A stretch of DNA of 51,000 nucleotides from Prevotella sp. (GCA_022774105.1 JALFNY010000012.1:1-51000); one strand, 5' to 3'. Counted from the first letter of the stretch, positions 38,000-48,661 are shown. The notes: generated by a model from the sequence alone, not told the origin. Made by a program: numbers and translations.

Positions 38000-39850
38000 A
38001 TGAAGATAAGAATAGCAAACAAACTGGGCAAGACAGTGAGCGCAATATGCTCACTGCTGCTCATGGCATCATGCACGGACTGGAGCGACCATTATGACGA
38101 CGGCGGAGTGTCCAACGCGGATGTAGAGATATACAGCGGAGACATAGCCTCCTATATCAACACCAGCGAGTCACTCTCGGAGATGGCACGCCTGTACAGT
38201 CAGAACGGAATCTTCGAGACCACCACACCAGAGGGAAACTACACCTTCATAGTGACGGAAAACACAGTCTTCGACGCACAGAAAGACAAGATAACCGACG
38301 AGGCACGCTTCGCACGCCACACGGTGGCAGACGCAAGCATAGCACCATCGCTGCTGACTGACGGCTACGGCATACAGACACGCTCCGGAAAGTCAGTGTG
38401 GGTGTATGGCAACGGACAGCAGGCAAAACTCGACGACTACAACATAGTGAAGACCGTTAAGACCAACAACGGCTACATATACGTGATAGACGGCGTGCTG
38501 CCGGTACGCCAGTCCATCTACGAGTATTTCTCATCACTGCCTGACGAGAAGTACTCAGAGTTCAAGGCACTGGTGAAGTCATACGAGGAAAAGTGGTTTG
38601 ACAGGGAGGCCAGCAGGATACTTGGCGTGAACGAGCAGGGCATGACAGTGTATGACTCCGTCTTCGTGAACCGCAACACCCTCATGGACCGTTACACCGA
38701 GGCAGGCGTGGAGCAGTGGAACATGCGCGACGAGAACTACCAGTCCACCATGTTCGTGCCCGACAACGACCAGGTGACGAAGGCACTGAAAGACGCACTC
38801 GACTCCATTCCCAAATGGCTTAACCGCCAGCCCACCGCCGATGACACGGTGAAGTTCAAGGCATGGATAGTGAAAGCATGCTTCGTGGACCGCTCCGTCT
38901 CTGACGAAACACTGACAACACGCGGAGAGGAACAGTTCACCTGCGTGGGAGGATACCAGATGGTGGAGGACAAACTGAACGACATAACATCCTACAAGAA
39001 GGTGGACCCCGCGTACTGGCGGCCATCCGTCAACACCGTCAACACCGCGTCAAAGGTGACATTGAGCAACGGCACGGCATACTTCACCACAAACCTCCAC
39101 ATACCTAACCACATTGTAATCTACCGTGTGAAGTCACGCTTCTACGAACTGTGGAACGCCATGAACGCGGCGGAAAGGGATGCACACTTCCTCTGGACCA
39201 ACTGGCAGAACCCGATGATAGTGAACGAGGCGCAAGGCTCATTCACACTGTCAGAGAACCTGCCCACCATGTATTATAATGTGCTGACAGCAGAACCCAC
39301 ACAAGAGGCACATGACGGCGGACTGCCTTGCACTGTGGTCTATGACGGACTGACATACGACGAGGATAACAACGCCGTCTATGAAGTGAACCTGCCCGCG
39401 GGAGAGTACTATCTGCGAATGGGCTTCAAGCACTCACTGACATACAGCCTCAGCATCTACTTCAAGGGAGCGGACGAGGACGACTCACAGTATGTGGAAT
39501 TGAAGAAAGACATGGTGATGTACGCCACCGGTTCCAACTTCCACTTCGACCGTGGCGCGGCATCAGAGGTGCCGCATTACGGGGAGGACGGCATCGCATA
39601 CCCGGAGAACTTCGACGTGGACTACTGGCAGACGATAGACCCCAAGGCCATAGCATACGACACCGACGGATACACCGTGGGCATAGTGAAACTGAAAAAG
39701 AACGGCAACTTCAAGATAAAGGTGACCAGTTCAGACCTCGCAGCAAACTATTCCTACAAGATAGGCGACACGTCCGCACGCACAAAGAGCAACGTGCAGC
39801 AGTTGATGATGTATCACTGGTGCCTGCGTCCAACATACAACAACTATTAA
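38000..39850 (+). CDS. Fasciclin-domain lipoprotein, putative surface glycan-binding protein
   Basis: Lipobox MASC followed by TDWSDHYD; TNNGYIYVIDGVLP, TMFVPDN, LSNGTAY motifs. Confidence 0.75.
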   Translation: MKIRIANKLGKTVSAICSLLLMASCTDWSDHYDDGGVSNADVEIYSGDIASYINTSESLSEMARLYSQNGIFETTTPEGNYTFIVTENTVFDAQKDKITDEARFARHTVADASIAPSLLTDGYGIQTRSGKSVWVYGNGQQAKLDDYNIVKTVKTNNGYIYVIDGVLPVRQSIYEYFSSLPDEKYSEFKALVKSYEEKWFDREASRILGVNEQGMTVYDSVFVNRNTLMDRYTEAGVEQWNMRDENYQSTMFVPDNDQVTKALKDALDSIPKWLNRQPTADDTVKFKAWIVKACFVDRSVSDETLTTRGEEQFTCVGGYQMVEDKLNDITSYKKVDPAYWRPSVNTVNTASKVTLSNGTAYFTTNLHIPNHIVIYRVKSRFYELWNAMNAAERDAHFLWTNWQNPMIVNEAQGSFTLSENLPTMYYNVLTAEPTQEAHDGGLPCTVVYDGLTYDEDNNAVYEVNLPAGEYYLRMGFKHSLTYSLSIYFKGADEDDSQYVELKKDMVMYATGSNFHFDRGAASEVPHYGEDGIAYPENFDVDYWQTIDPKAIAYDTDGYTVGIVKLKKNGNFKIKVTSSDLAANYSYKIGDTSARTKSNVQQLMMYHWCLRPTYNNY

Positions 39851-39870
39851 AAAACTCCCTTACCTGATAT

Positions 39871-42800
39871 ATGAGAAAGATAAATGTTATACTTGCGGCA
39901 CTGGTAATGACAGCCGCAACGGCTACGGCACGGGGAGTGTCCGTTAAGTCATACATAAAAAGTACAGACAACCATCCGGTGGAGGGCGCCATCATCACAG
40001 TGAAAGGCGGTGCCTCTGTCGTTACAGACAAGGATGGAGCGTTCGAGATAAAGGCCGACAACGAGAAGGCCATAGTGCTCATCAAGGCGCCGGGTTACTA
40101 CGACCGTGAGCTGCCGGTGAGCTTCTTCACCAAGAAAGCGGCGAAAGGAGACTTCACACTCACTATCGTTCCCATGACGGAGATGAAGTACAACGGCTAT
40201 GTAAACACCCCCATAACCGCCATGACCGCCTACGACAAGAGCGTGACCACGCAGGGATTGGAGAGCAAAGACTTCTCCGACAAGCTCTCAGTAGGCGCGG
40301 CCATTGGCAATAACGTGGCTGGCCTGCAAGTAATCGAGAAGAGCGGAATGCCCGGCGAGGGCACATACATGAACCTGCGGGGCATACATTCCATAGCGGG
40401 AGAGAACAATCCCCTGCTGGTTATCAACGGTGTTCCATACTTCAGCAATATAGATGTCTCCTCTGTCATAAACGGGTACAGCCGCGATATGCTTGCAGGC
40501 TACTCGCCAAAGGACATCCGTTCCGTCACAGTTCTTAAAGGTGCGGAGGCGGCACAGTGGGGAGCGCTCGGCAGTAACGGCGTGATAATGATAGAGACAC
40601 AGCAGGCCAACAGCGAGAACCTCGACACACGTATCACCTTTAGCGGGCAGTACGGCTTCAACTTCAAGCAGTCTGCCATCCCCGTTCTTGACGCATCGCA
40701 GTACAGGGCATACATGAAGGACCTGGGTCTTACGCTCTATCCCTCCATGTCCGCGCTCACAAACGACTATCCCTTCCTGCAAAACGCCACGAGTTATACG
40801 GGTGATTACCTTTTCAACGAGAACAACAACTGGATGAACGAGATACAGCGCACGGGTTTTGTGACGGACAATCAGCTGCGTGTTGAGGGTGGTGACGAGA
40901 TTGCCAAGTACAACATCTCCTTCGGTTACACAAAGAACGAGGGTGTGTTGAAGAACACTTCCTCTGACCGTTACCACACACTCATCTCCGCGGATGTGCT
41001 GGCAAGCCGACAGATAGACATCTTTGCCAACATCAGCCTGTCGTACATAAACTCCGACTTGCTCAACACCGGCACGGCCTCTGCGTACAACCCCATCATC
41101 TCCGCGTACCGCAACATGCCTCTTGTCTCCGCTTTCAAGAAGCAGACAGACGGCCAGACGCTTCTGGACTATGCCCGTTACAACGAGTGGAACACCTCTT
41201 CCACACCGATGTACGCATACGACAACGTCAGCAACCCGCTGGCATTGGTTGACAATGTGGAGGGAGACGACAAGATATATGACGCCAATGCCTCTCTGGG
41301 CATCAACTACCGCCTCACCGATCACCTCACGCTTACGGGACTGGTGAACCTCTATTACAACTACACAGAGGAGAACATGTTTGTCCCCGGCGTAACAGAC
41401 AAGGCCATAATACCGCAATATTACGGCTACGGCGACAACTACCGCGCCGGCAGCGTGATACGACAGATGACCAATGCCTACTCACTTTCCGCTGACTACA
41501 AGCGCACTTTCAACCGCATTCACGACCTGAACGTGAAGGCGACGGCGCGCTTCATGCAGCACAGTCTTGAAACTGACATCGCCGACGGCTACAACACCGC
41601 CAACGACTACTTCAAGTCCCTCAACTATCTTGTTGACGAACTCCGCACCTACGGCGGCAACAACGAGTGGAACTACATGGGCTATGCGCTGCACGGAACA
41701 TACACTTGGAACAAACTCCTGCGTGCCAACGCCGGCTTTAACCTCGATGCCACCAGCGCAAGCGGCGCCGATGCCTCACGCCTTGGCTTCTTCCCCTCCG
41801 CCGGCGTCACCTTTATGGTTGCCAACACCGGTGTGCTGCCCTCATGGGTTAACCTTCTCAACGTGACCGTTGAAGGCTCATACAGCGGCAACGCGCGCTT
41901 CTCTTCCAATTACAGCAAGAACTATTACACCGCCGCAAATCTCTTCTCTCTCGGCGGAATAGCGCGTGCCAACATGCCTAACACACGTCTCTCATGGGAG
42001 AAGACACGCCAGATAGACCTTGGCTTCGACCTTGCCGCCTTTGACAACCGCGTCAGCCTCGGCTTCAACTACTACTTCTCCAACTCCTACGACCTGCTCT
42101 TCAACAGCCACATATCCAGTGTCTATGGCTCAAGCGTGTATTACGACAACGTGGGAGAGATAAACAACAGCGGCATAGAGCTCTCTCTCCGCTTCAACCC
42201 CATACACAACAAGGAGTGGGACTTCGTGATAGGAGCGACCCTGGCTCATAACAAGAGCACCCTGAAGAGCATCGGCGGAGCGGAGAAGTCAGTCATCTCC
42301 TTCACCGGATATGGCAATGACGACGCGCAGGTCGTTATGCAGACGGGCAACAACCCCTACGAGTTCTACGGCTACAAGACCGCCGGTGTCTATGCCACAA
42401 CGGAGCAGGCACAGGCAGCGGGGCTTGTCAATGCCGCCGGAATACAATACCAGGCAGGCGACGTCATATTCGTGGATCAGAACAATGACGGCATAATCAA
42501 CGATGCGGACAAGACCTCCATAGGCTGCGCCTCACCCGATGTCTTCGGAGCCTTCAACCTCGCGCTGCGGTACAGGCAGTTCACTCTCGACGCCAACTTC
42601 GGCTACTCAATAGGCAATGACGCTTACAACTACACCCGCCGCCTGCTGGAGTCGCAGTCAGCCTTCTACAACCAGTCCACCTCTGTGCTCAACCGCTGGC
42701 AGGTGGAGGGACAGGTTACTGACGTGCCCCGCGCCAACTATGGTGACAACATAGGCAACAACAACTTCTCCGACCGCTGGATAGAGGACGCAAGTTACTT

Positions 42801-43023
42801 CAAGCTTCGCAGCCTCAAGTTCTCCTACACCTTCGGAAAACTCTTCCGCTTCATCAATTCCGGCAACGTATGGATAGCGGCGGAGAACCTCTTTACCATC
42901 ACGAAGTACCTCGGCTCCGACCCAGAGTTCGCATACGGATACGCGGAAGCCATGCGGGGCTTCGACTATGCCAAGGCTTCTCTGCCAAAAACCATAAAGG
43001 TGGGCTTCGACTTTAACTTCTAA
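39871..43023 (+). CDS. Second SusC/RagA-family TonB-dependent transporter
   Basis: Signal peptide; SGMPGEG, PLLVINGVP, DIRSVTVLKG...GSNGVIMIET, LSWEKT, SDRWIEDASYFKLR; terminal Phe. Confidence 0.94.
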   Translation: MRKINVILAALVMTAATATARGVSVKSYIKSTDNHPVEGAIITVKGGASVVTDKDGAFEIKADNEKAIVLIKAPGYYDRELPVSFFTKKAAKGDFTLTIVPMTEMKYNGYVNTPITAMTAYDKSVTTQGLESKDFSDKLSVGAAIGNNVAGLQVIEKSGMPGEGTYMNLRGIHSIAGENNPLLVINGVPYFSNIDVSSVINGYSRDMLAGYSPKDIRSVTVLKGAEAAQWGALGSNGVIMIETQQANSENLDTRITFSGQYGFNFKQSAIPVLDASQYRAYMKDLGLTLYPSMSALTNDYPFLQNATSYTGDYLFNENNNWMNEIQRTGFVTDNQLRVEGGDEIAKYNISFGYTKNEGVLKNTSSDRYHTLISADVLASRQIDIFANISLSYINSDLLNTGTASAYNPIISAYRNMPLVSAFKKQTDGQTLLDYARYNEWNTSSTPMYAYDNVSNPLALVDNVEGDDKIYDANASLGINYRLTDHLTLTGLVNLYYNYTEENMFVPGVTDKAIIPQYYGYGDNYRAGSVIRQMTNAYSLSADYKRTFNRIHDLNVKATARFMQHSLETDIADGYNTANDYFKSLNYLVDELRTYGGNNEWNYMGYALHGTYTWNKLLRANAGFNLDATSASGADASRLGFFPSAGVTFMVANTGVLPSWVNLLNVTVEGSYSGNARFSSNYSKNYYTAANLFSLGGIARANMPNTRLSWEKTRQIDLGFDLAAFDNRVSLGFNYYFSNSYDLLFNSHISSVYGSSVYYDNVGEINNSGIELSLRFNPIHNKEWDFVIGATLAHNKSTLKSIGGAEKSVISFTGYGNDDAQVVMQTGNNPYEFYGYKTAGVYATTEQAQAAGLVNAAGIQYQAGDVIFVDQNNDGIINDADKTSIGCASPDVFGAFNLALRYRQFTLDANFGYSIGNDAYNYTRRLLESQSAFYNQSTSVLNRWQVEGQVTDVPRANYGDNIGNNNFSDRWIEDASYFKLRSLKFSYTFGKLFRFINSGNVWIAAENLFTITKYLGSDPEFAYGYAEAMRGFDYAKASLPKTIKVGFDFNF

Positions 43024-43051
43024 TCATAAAAACAACGTAAACGATACTATT

Positions 43052-44938
43052 ATGAATATCATCCGCAAATATACGAGAAGCATCCCCATGCTGGCCGCCG
43101 GCATCACGCTCGCGGTTGCCACAAGCTGCTCCGACTACTTCGACCCCACGCCGAAGAACGTTATGGACACCAGCGAATACATAGGCGAGGAATCGCAGAT
43201 GTACAAGGGAATGCTCGGCATAATGAACAGGATGCAGCAGGCGGGAGACCAGGCCATCTTCCTCACTGACACCCGAATGAACGTACTGGAGACCACCACA
43301 AAGGCACCAGTGGCACTGCAAAACATATACAATTACGAGAACACAGACCAGAACGAGTACGCCGACCCAAGCGTATATTACGCCGTCATCATTGCCTGCA
43401 ACGACTACATCAGCAAGATGGAGGAGTACTATAACACCACGGGCGGAATGTCAGAGACTGCCGAGGACGCATTCCCCAAGCTCCTCTCCAGCACCATACG
43501 CATCAAGGTGTGGGCATACTGGATGCTTGGCCGCATCTATGGCGAGGCCTACTGGTTTGACGACCCGCTCACAGAGAAGAAGCCACTCACCGACACCTCC
43601 GTCTTCACACACTGCGATATGCAGCAACTAACGGAGAAGTGCCTCGACCTTTTGGAGAATGGCATAACCGTGGCAGGCATGCACATCAGTTCCAGCCTCA
43701 CCATGGACTGGTACAAGTGGCTCGACACGGAGACGCAGAACGTGTCACAGTTCCGCAAGTGGCAGTACCTCACGCCGCCATATCTGCTCCTGAAGGCGGA
43801 ACTGCTGTCATGGCGTTGCAACTACGAGAGTGAGGATGCGGCGCAGGCTGACTGGCTGTGGATACGCGACACACTCCTGGAATACATCTACAAGATACAC
43901 ACCGCGGAGGACAAGGCAGCCCTCAACAACATACAGGTGGATGGCCGCACACTCTCGCTGCCGGGCTTTGAGGACGGCATACAGAGCATGGGATATGTCT
44001 ATCAGACCAACATCCCCATGCAGAGCGACGCCACAAACGCGTACTACAACATCTTCTACTCCGAGGAGGTGGGCACGAAGTGGCAGGTGGTGAGCAGCAT
44101 AATGTACGACTACCGTAACAACCAGCGTAACAGGCTCGTGCAGTATCTCTGCCCCACATACCCCGGAGACGGATTCTATCTCAAGCCCTCTGACTACGCG
44201 GTATATACACTCTATCCGCAGACAGACATACGCTCCATAACGCAGCAGATGGTGATGAACCAACTGGGCGGGGAGAACGCTCTGACAAAGTACTACTACA
44301 CCTACAACACCGCCACACGCTCATACAAGTACCTGCGTGACAACATCTTCGAGATACAGCCCTCCATCGTGCTGTTCAGGGGTCACGACTTCCACTATCT
44401 CATTGCGGAAGCCGAGAACCACCTCGGCAACTGGGACCAGGCTGCTGCACTCCTCAACGGAGGCCTCACCAACCGCTTCGCGGAACGCTACTCCGTCACC
44501 ACATGGTCGACAAGCGACAACGTGACGCAGAAAGGCTGGTCACCATACTACGGCTCATGGTTTGGCGATGCAGGCGGCTACGGAGACAGCGGACTGGCAG
44601 GCACGGCGTGCGGCACGCTGTACCAGATGCCGGAATATGTCAGCGACGGAGTCTTCTCGCTCAACGGACAGACAATGACCGAGATGCAGCGCAGGGAATA
44701 CTTCGACTGGTGCCTCGCGCAGGAGTACAGCAAGGAGTACGTGGCAGAAGGCAAGGCCTACTCTTACCTCTGCAAGATGGCTGACAGATGGAGCAGCGCG
44801 GGAAGGGGAGACAAGACCGCGGCTGCCGACAATATGGCGGCCATCATCACGCCGAAGTATGACGCCGCAAAGGCCGCAAAGGTGAAGGCAAGCCTTGAGG
44901 CAAAATACTTCATCAACTGGAGCCTGCAAGACCTCTAA
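43052..44938 (+). CDS. Second SusD/RagB-family lipoprotein (divergent)
   Basis: Lipobox ATSC; YYAVIIACNDYI, WAYWMLGRIYG, FRGHDFHYLIAEAEN, EYVAEGK; follows a susC. Confidence 0.82.
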   Translation: MNIIRKYTRSIPMLAAGITLAVATSCSDYFDPTPKNVMDTSEYIGEESQMYKGMLGIMNRMQQAGDQAIFLTDTRMNVLETTTKAPVALQNIYNYENTDQNEYADPSVYYAVIIACNDYISKMEEYYNTTGGMSETAEDAFPKLLSSTIRIKVWAYWMLGRIYGEAYWFDDPLTEKKPLTDTSVFTHCDMQQLTEKCLDLLENGITVAGMHISSSLTMDWYKWLDTETQNVSQFRKWQYLTPPYLLLKAELLSWRCNYESEDAAQADWLWIRDTLLEYIYKIHTAEDKAALNNIQVDGRTLSLPGFEDGIQSMGYVYQTNIPMQSDATNAYYNIFYSEEVGTKWQVVSSIMYDYRNNQRNRLVQYLCPTYPGDGFYLKPSDYAVYTLYPQTDIRSITQQMVMNQLGGENALTKYYYTYNTATRSYKYLRDNIFEIQPSIVLFRGHDFHYLIAEAENHLGNWDQAAALLNGGLTNRFAERYSVTTWSTSDNVTQKGWSPYYGSWFGDAGGYGDSGLAGTACGTLYQMPEYVSDGVFSLNGQTMTEMQRREYFDWCLAQEYSKEYVAEGKAYSYLCKMADRWSSAGRGDKTAAADNMAAIITPKYDAAKAAKVKASLEAKYFINWSLQDL

Positions 44939-45002
44939 ACCCCAGGGGAAAGGCTGCGCGCAGCACGGGATAGGAACTGCCCGCACAGGCACGCCAGACG
45001 GG

Positions 45003-45094
45003 CGGCAACGCAATATGGTGCTTTTCACAACGCAATCAGCACCCGGCGGCAACGCAATCAGCACCTGTTCGCACCATAATCAGGTGCTGATTGC
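45003..45094 (+). repeat. 22-bp tandem array plus one inverted unit
   Basis: CAACGCAAT at 45006, 45028, 45050; GCAATCAGCACC (45054-45065) is inverted at 45083-45094. Confidence 0.8.
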
Positions 45095-45223
45095 AGACGC
45101 CTCCCATAAGCCCCGCCGCGCCGACAACACGCGGCGACACCCGAAACAGGAACAAAGCAGAAAGAAATCTGCAATCTATATCAATTCAACTCTTATATTA
45201 TTAACAATTAAACTAACAAGACA

Positions 45224-48202
45224 ATGAAAAGAATTACTCTTCTCGCATTGGGTCTCATAGCCATGACCTCATCAACCATGGCAGCGGACGTGACGACCTA
45301 TGTGACCAACAAGACGGAGTTCAACGCTGCCATTGCCGCTTGCGCGGGCATGACGGACGATGACACTCACACCATCATCATCTCGAAAAAACTGAATGAT
45401 GACAAGACAGGCGAGGCAGAAGTGGCTGACAACTCAGTGGTAATCAACACCGGCAACGTGAACTTCGCGCACAACACCGGTAGGCTTATCATCAAGTCCA
45501 ACCAGACAGACATTGACAACCTGCCGCAGTTGCAGACGGGTCTGAACGGTATGAACCACACCGCCGGCTCCAAGTTCTCCCTCATTATAGAGAACATTTC
45601 CTTGCAGTACCGTTCCGGCAAAGAAGCAACCTCCGGTCAGGTGCTCTACTGGCAGAAGATGCCGGCTGCGGACATGCAGATAGACACAATGGCATTCCGT
45701 AACTGCGAAATCACCAACATCCCGCGTACCATCTTCCGCACAGCACCAAAAGATGGCAACACAGCCACCGCTCCCTCAAAGTTGAAGTACCTGGAGATGA
45801 CAGGCTGTAAGGTTCACGACATGAACATCACCGCCGGTAACAACTGGGCTCTCTTCGTGCTCGGCTCAATGCCGGTGGAGATTAATTTCCACGACAACAT
45901 GTTCTATGACCTGCCTTACACCAAGGGCATCATACAGATGGCCTACATTCCAAACGATGGTACCGCCCCGCGTATGCTGTTCTACAACAACACCGTGATG
46001 ATGGCAAAGGCAACATACGAGATAAACGGTGAGGCAAAGGACAACGGTTGTACCATCTTCAACATGGGCAACTACCTTGATGCCAGCACGGAATACTACA
46101 TTTATAACAACCTGTTCCTCACTCCGAAGGCAGGCAAGCGTGTTCCGGCTACAATTACCGACTCACAGAACTTCACATACGTTGAGGGCGGCACGGACAT
46201 CCTTTCCGCAAGAAGGATAGAGGAAGGCGTTACCACACAGCTCGGCTACCTCACCGCACACAACAACCTTACCGACGAGAGCTTCGCTTCGATGGATCGT
46301 GGCTATGACATGGACGAGATTGGCACGGAACTGGCAGCAGAGTCATTTGACTGGAGCGCATTCTACAAGGCTGACGTGTCAAACTTCCTCGTGGAGAAGA
46401 CCAACAAGTTCTACACGATGGGTGCCACAGTCATCAACAACCTCGAAGGCAATCCTATCGTGGAGATACCTTCTTGCGTCGGCGCAAACAGCGTGATGTA
46501 TGTTGACGAGTTCCCGAAGGAGGCTAAGGTCAACGTTGCCGTAGCAGGCTCCAAGTCTGTAAGCGTAAGCATACTGCCTGAGAAGGAGACCTACATGGTA
46601 GGCGACGAGATCACGATAACACTGAACGACCACAACTCTTACTACCGCACGTTCAACACCTTCAAGGGCTGGAGCGACGGAAGCATGGAGACTGTGCGCA
46701 AGATGACACTGGAGTCAACGGACGGTATCAACCTCACCGCCACCTATGAGGAAGCTGACGGCGTTGTGGCCGCATTCGACTTCTCCAAGGTTAACGGCAA
46801 CATGACAGAGTATGTAGCCGACCTCGGCACTCAGGCCGGTGTGGCAAAGGTATATGTTATGGCTGCCGACACCACTGGTATGTGGGGCGCTATCGCTAAA
46901 GAGGCAGTGCCATACGTGGCAGGAAAGGCATTCCAGACACGTGCCGGCAAGTTCGGCGAGGATCCGGTAGAGATGCAGATGCCTATCATCAGCCGCCGCA
47001 CGGCCAAGAATGTGCGTGACTTCAACCGCGACTATGCAGTGGTTGAGTTCTCTACAAAGAGCATCAGCGACGTGACTGTCGATTATTTCGTCGGCACGGA
47101 CAACAACGCTTCCAAGATACAAAAGGCCTTCTACTCACTCGACGGTGAGAACTACACAGACCTTAACGCAGACTCTACCCTCGTAAACGGCAAGTGGTGC
47201 AACGTCAAGTTCCAGCTTCCGGCAGAGGCGGCAGGCCAGGAGAAGGTATATGTGAAGATACAGGGACAGGTGAACAACGGTGACAACGCCGAGAACATCA
47301 CCTACACCGACGTGGCAAGCGCATTCGACCCAAGCAACTTATACGCATCCGATGTATTCGAATATATTGGCAACATCCTCATCAAGGGTAACATCGTGAA
47401 CACCGCAAACCTTGAGGCTGCGATAAAGGTTGCCAACGACACGCTCGCATACGTTACCGAGAAGGAAGCCAACGCTTACCTCGTGAAGGCCATCGCAACC
47501 GCTAACGACGAACTGAACAGTGCCGCCAAGACACAGGCTACAGTTGATGCCGCAACATCAACGCTTAACGCTGCCGTTGTCAAGACATTCGTAATGCAGA
47601 GAATCAACAGCCTCACCGCACTCGTGGTTACGGAAGATAAGGCTCTCTACCTTATGACTCAGGCAGACGCCAACAACTATATCGCCGACAAGTGGTTCAC
47701 TGTGGAGAACGGCGGCACGCCTGCTTCCATCACCAAGAGGGGCACCATTGACCCGGAGACCGACGCTACCATCTCCGCGACAAACTACTCTGGCATAACA
47801 ATCAAGAACAACAACGGCAAGATTCACTACATGAAGGTTACAAGCGCAACCGCCGCCAAGTTCTATGTATGTACCGACAAGGACAAGCAGCGTGAGGCAA
47901 CGTTCTCCATCTACGGCACGACAGAGAGCAAGGGCACAGGTCTCGTAGCCAAGAATACCAGCGGTGTTGTAGAGTTCACAGGCCTTAACCCTGCACAGAC
48001 ATACGTCTTCAAGGCAGAGGCTACCGGTGACATGGTCTTCTATGCGGCCAAGTTCACCTACGGTGATCCGACAGGTGTTGCAGAGGTTGAGAACGCGGAG
48101 GAAGCAGCTTCCGGCAAAGTCTTCAAGACCATCAAGAACGGCAGCGTCATCATCGTTAAGGGCGATGCTGAGTTCTCAGCAGCAGGCGCACAGATAAAGT
48201 AA
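45224..48202 (+). CDS. Large secreted protein: beta-helix (DUF4957/DUF5123-like) region, B-repeat-like and FIVAR-like segments, T9SS-type C-terminus
   Basis: Signal peptide; stacked-Asn coils (FRNCEITN, MTGCKVHD, FHDNMFY, FYNNTV, IYNNLF); FKGWSDG; NLEAAIKVA...QATVDAATSTLNAA; PTGVAEV...KTIKNGSVIIVKG..FSAAGAQIK. Confidence 0.6.
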   Translation: MKRITLLALGLIAMTSSTMAADVTTYVTNKTEFNAAIAACAGMTDDDTHTIIISKKLNDDKTGEAEVADNSVVINTGNVNFAHNTGRLIIKSNQTDIDNLPQLQTGLNGMNHTAGSKFSLIIENISLQYRSGKEATSGQVLYWQKMPAADMQIDTMAFRNCEITNIPRTIFRTAPKDGNTATAPSKLKYLEMTGCKVHDMNITAGNNWALFVLGSMPVEINFHDNMFYDLPYTKGIIQMAYIPNDGTAPRMLFYNNTVMMAKATYEINGEAKDNGCTIFNMGNYLDASTEYYIYNNLFLTPKAGKRVPATITDSQNFTYVEGGTDILSARRIEEGVTTQLGYLTAHNNLTDESFASMDRGYDMDEIGTELAAESFDWSAFYKADVSNFLVEKTNKFYTMGATVINNLEGNPIVEIPSCVGANSVMYVDEFPKEAKVNVAVAGSKSVSVSILPEKETYMVGDEITITLNDHNSYYRTFNTFKGWSDGSMETVRKMTLESTDGINLTATYEEADGVVAAFDFSKVNGNMTEYVADLGTQAGVAKVYVMAADTTGMWGAIAKEAVPYVAGKAFQTRAGKFGEDPVEMQMPIISRRTAKNVRDFNRDYAVVEFSTKSISDVTVDYFVGTDNNASKIQKAFYSLDGENYTDLNADSTLVNGKWCNVKFQLPAEAAGQEKVYVKIQGQVNNGDNAENITYTDVASAFDPSNLYASDVFEYIGNILIKGNIVNTANLEAAIKVANDTLAYVTEKEANAYLVKAIATANDELNSAAKTQATVDAATSTLNAAVVKTFVMQRINSLTALVVTEDKALYLMTQADANNYIADKWFTVENGGTPASITKRGTIDPETDATISATNYSGITIKNNNGKIHYMKVTSATAAKFYVCTDKDKQREATFSIYGTTESKGTGLVAKNTSGVVEFTGLNPAQTYVFKAEATGDMVFYAAKFTYGDPTGVAEVENAEEAASGKVFKTIKNGSVIIVKGDAEFSAAGAQIK

Positions 48203-48263
48203 AGGCATAAAGCAACGCCATGCGCCATCCGTTACAGGATGGGCACGGTGTGGATACAACAAG

Positions 48264-48301
48264 AAAGGCACCGCATTCCGTTTGGAGTGCGGTGCTTTTT
48301 T
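48264..48301 (+). terminator. Intrinsic terminator ending the SusC/D module
   Basis: GCACCGCATTCC-GTTT-GGAGTGCGGTGC followed by T6. Confidence 0.88.
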
Positions 48302-48375
48302 GCGTGTCTTGCGACATCATAGGGTTAGTCGCGGCATCACCCTACATCGCGGATTATTGCTGCCGTGCCGGAAAA

Positions 48376-48483
48376 CAGGTGCTGGTTACGCCGCGAAAGA
48401 GTGCTGATTACGCCGCGAAAGAGTGCTGATTACGTCGCGAAAGAGTGTCGATTGCATCACGAAATAGTGTCGATTGCAATCAC
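48376..48483 (-). repeat. 22-bp tandem array (5 units)
   Basis: GTGCT/GTGTC at 48379, 48401, 48423, 48445, 48467; minus-strand unit CAGCACTCTTTCGCGGCGTAAT. Confidence 0.9.
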
Positions 48484-48661
48484 GCCGCCCTATGGGCAGG
48501 GCGGCAACGGCATGTGAGGGCTTAGGATGAAATTGTAACTATTCAGCGAGTCCCCGGCCATTCATTGACTGACTGACAAGAGTGGCTGGAAAATGGGATT
48601 ACCGTTTAGTTAAAAAAAATGAAATCATATATATATAATAAGGTGAGAAAAAAAATATTTG

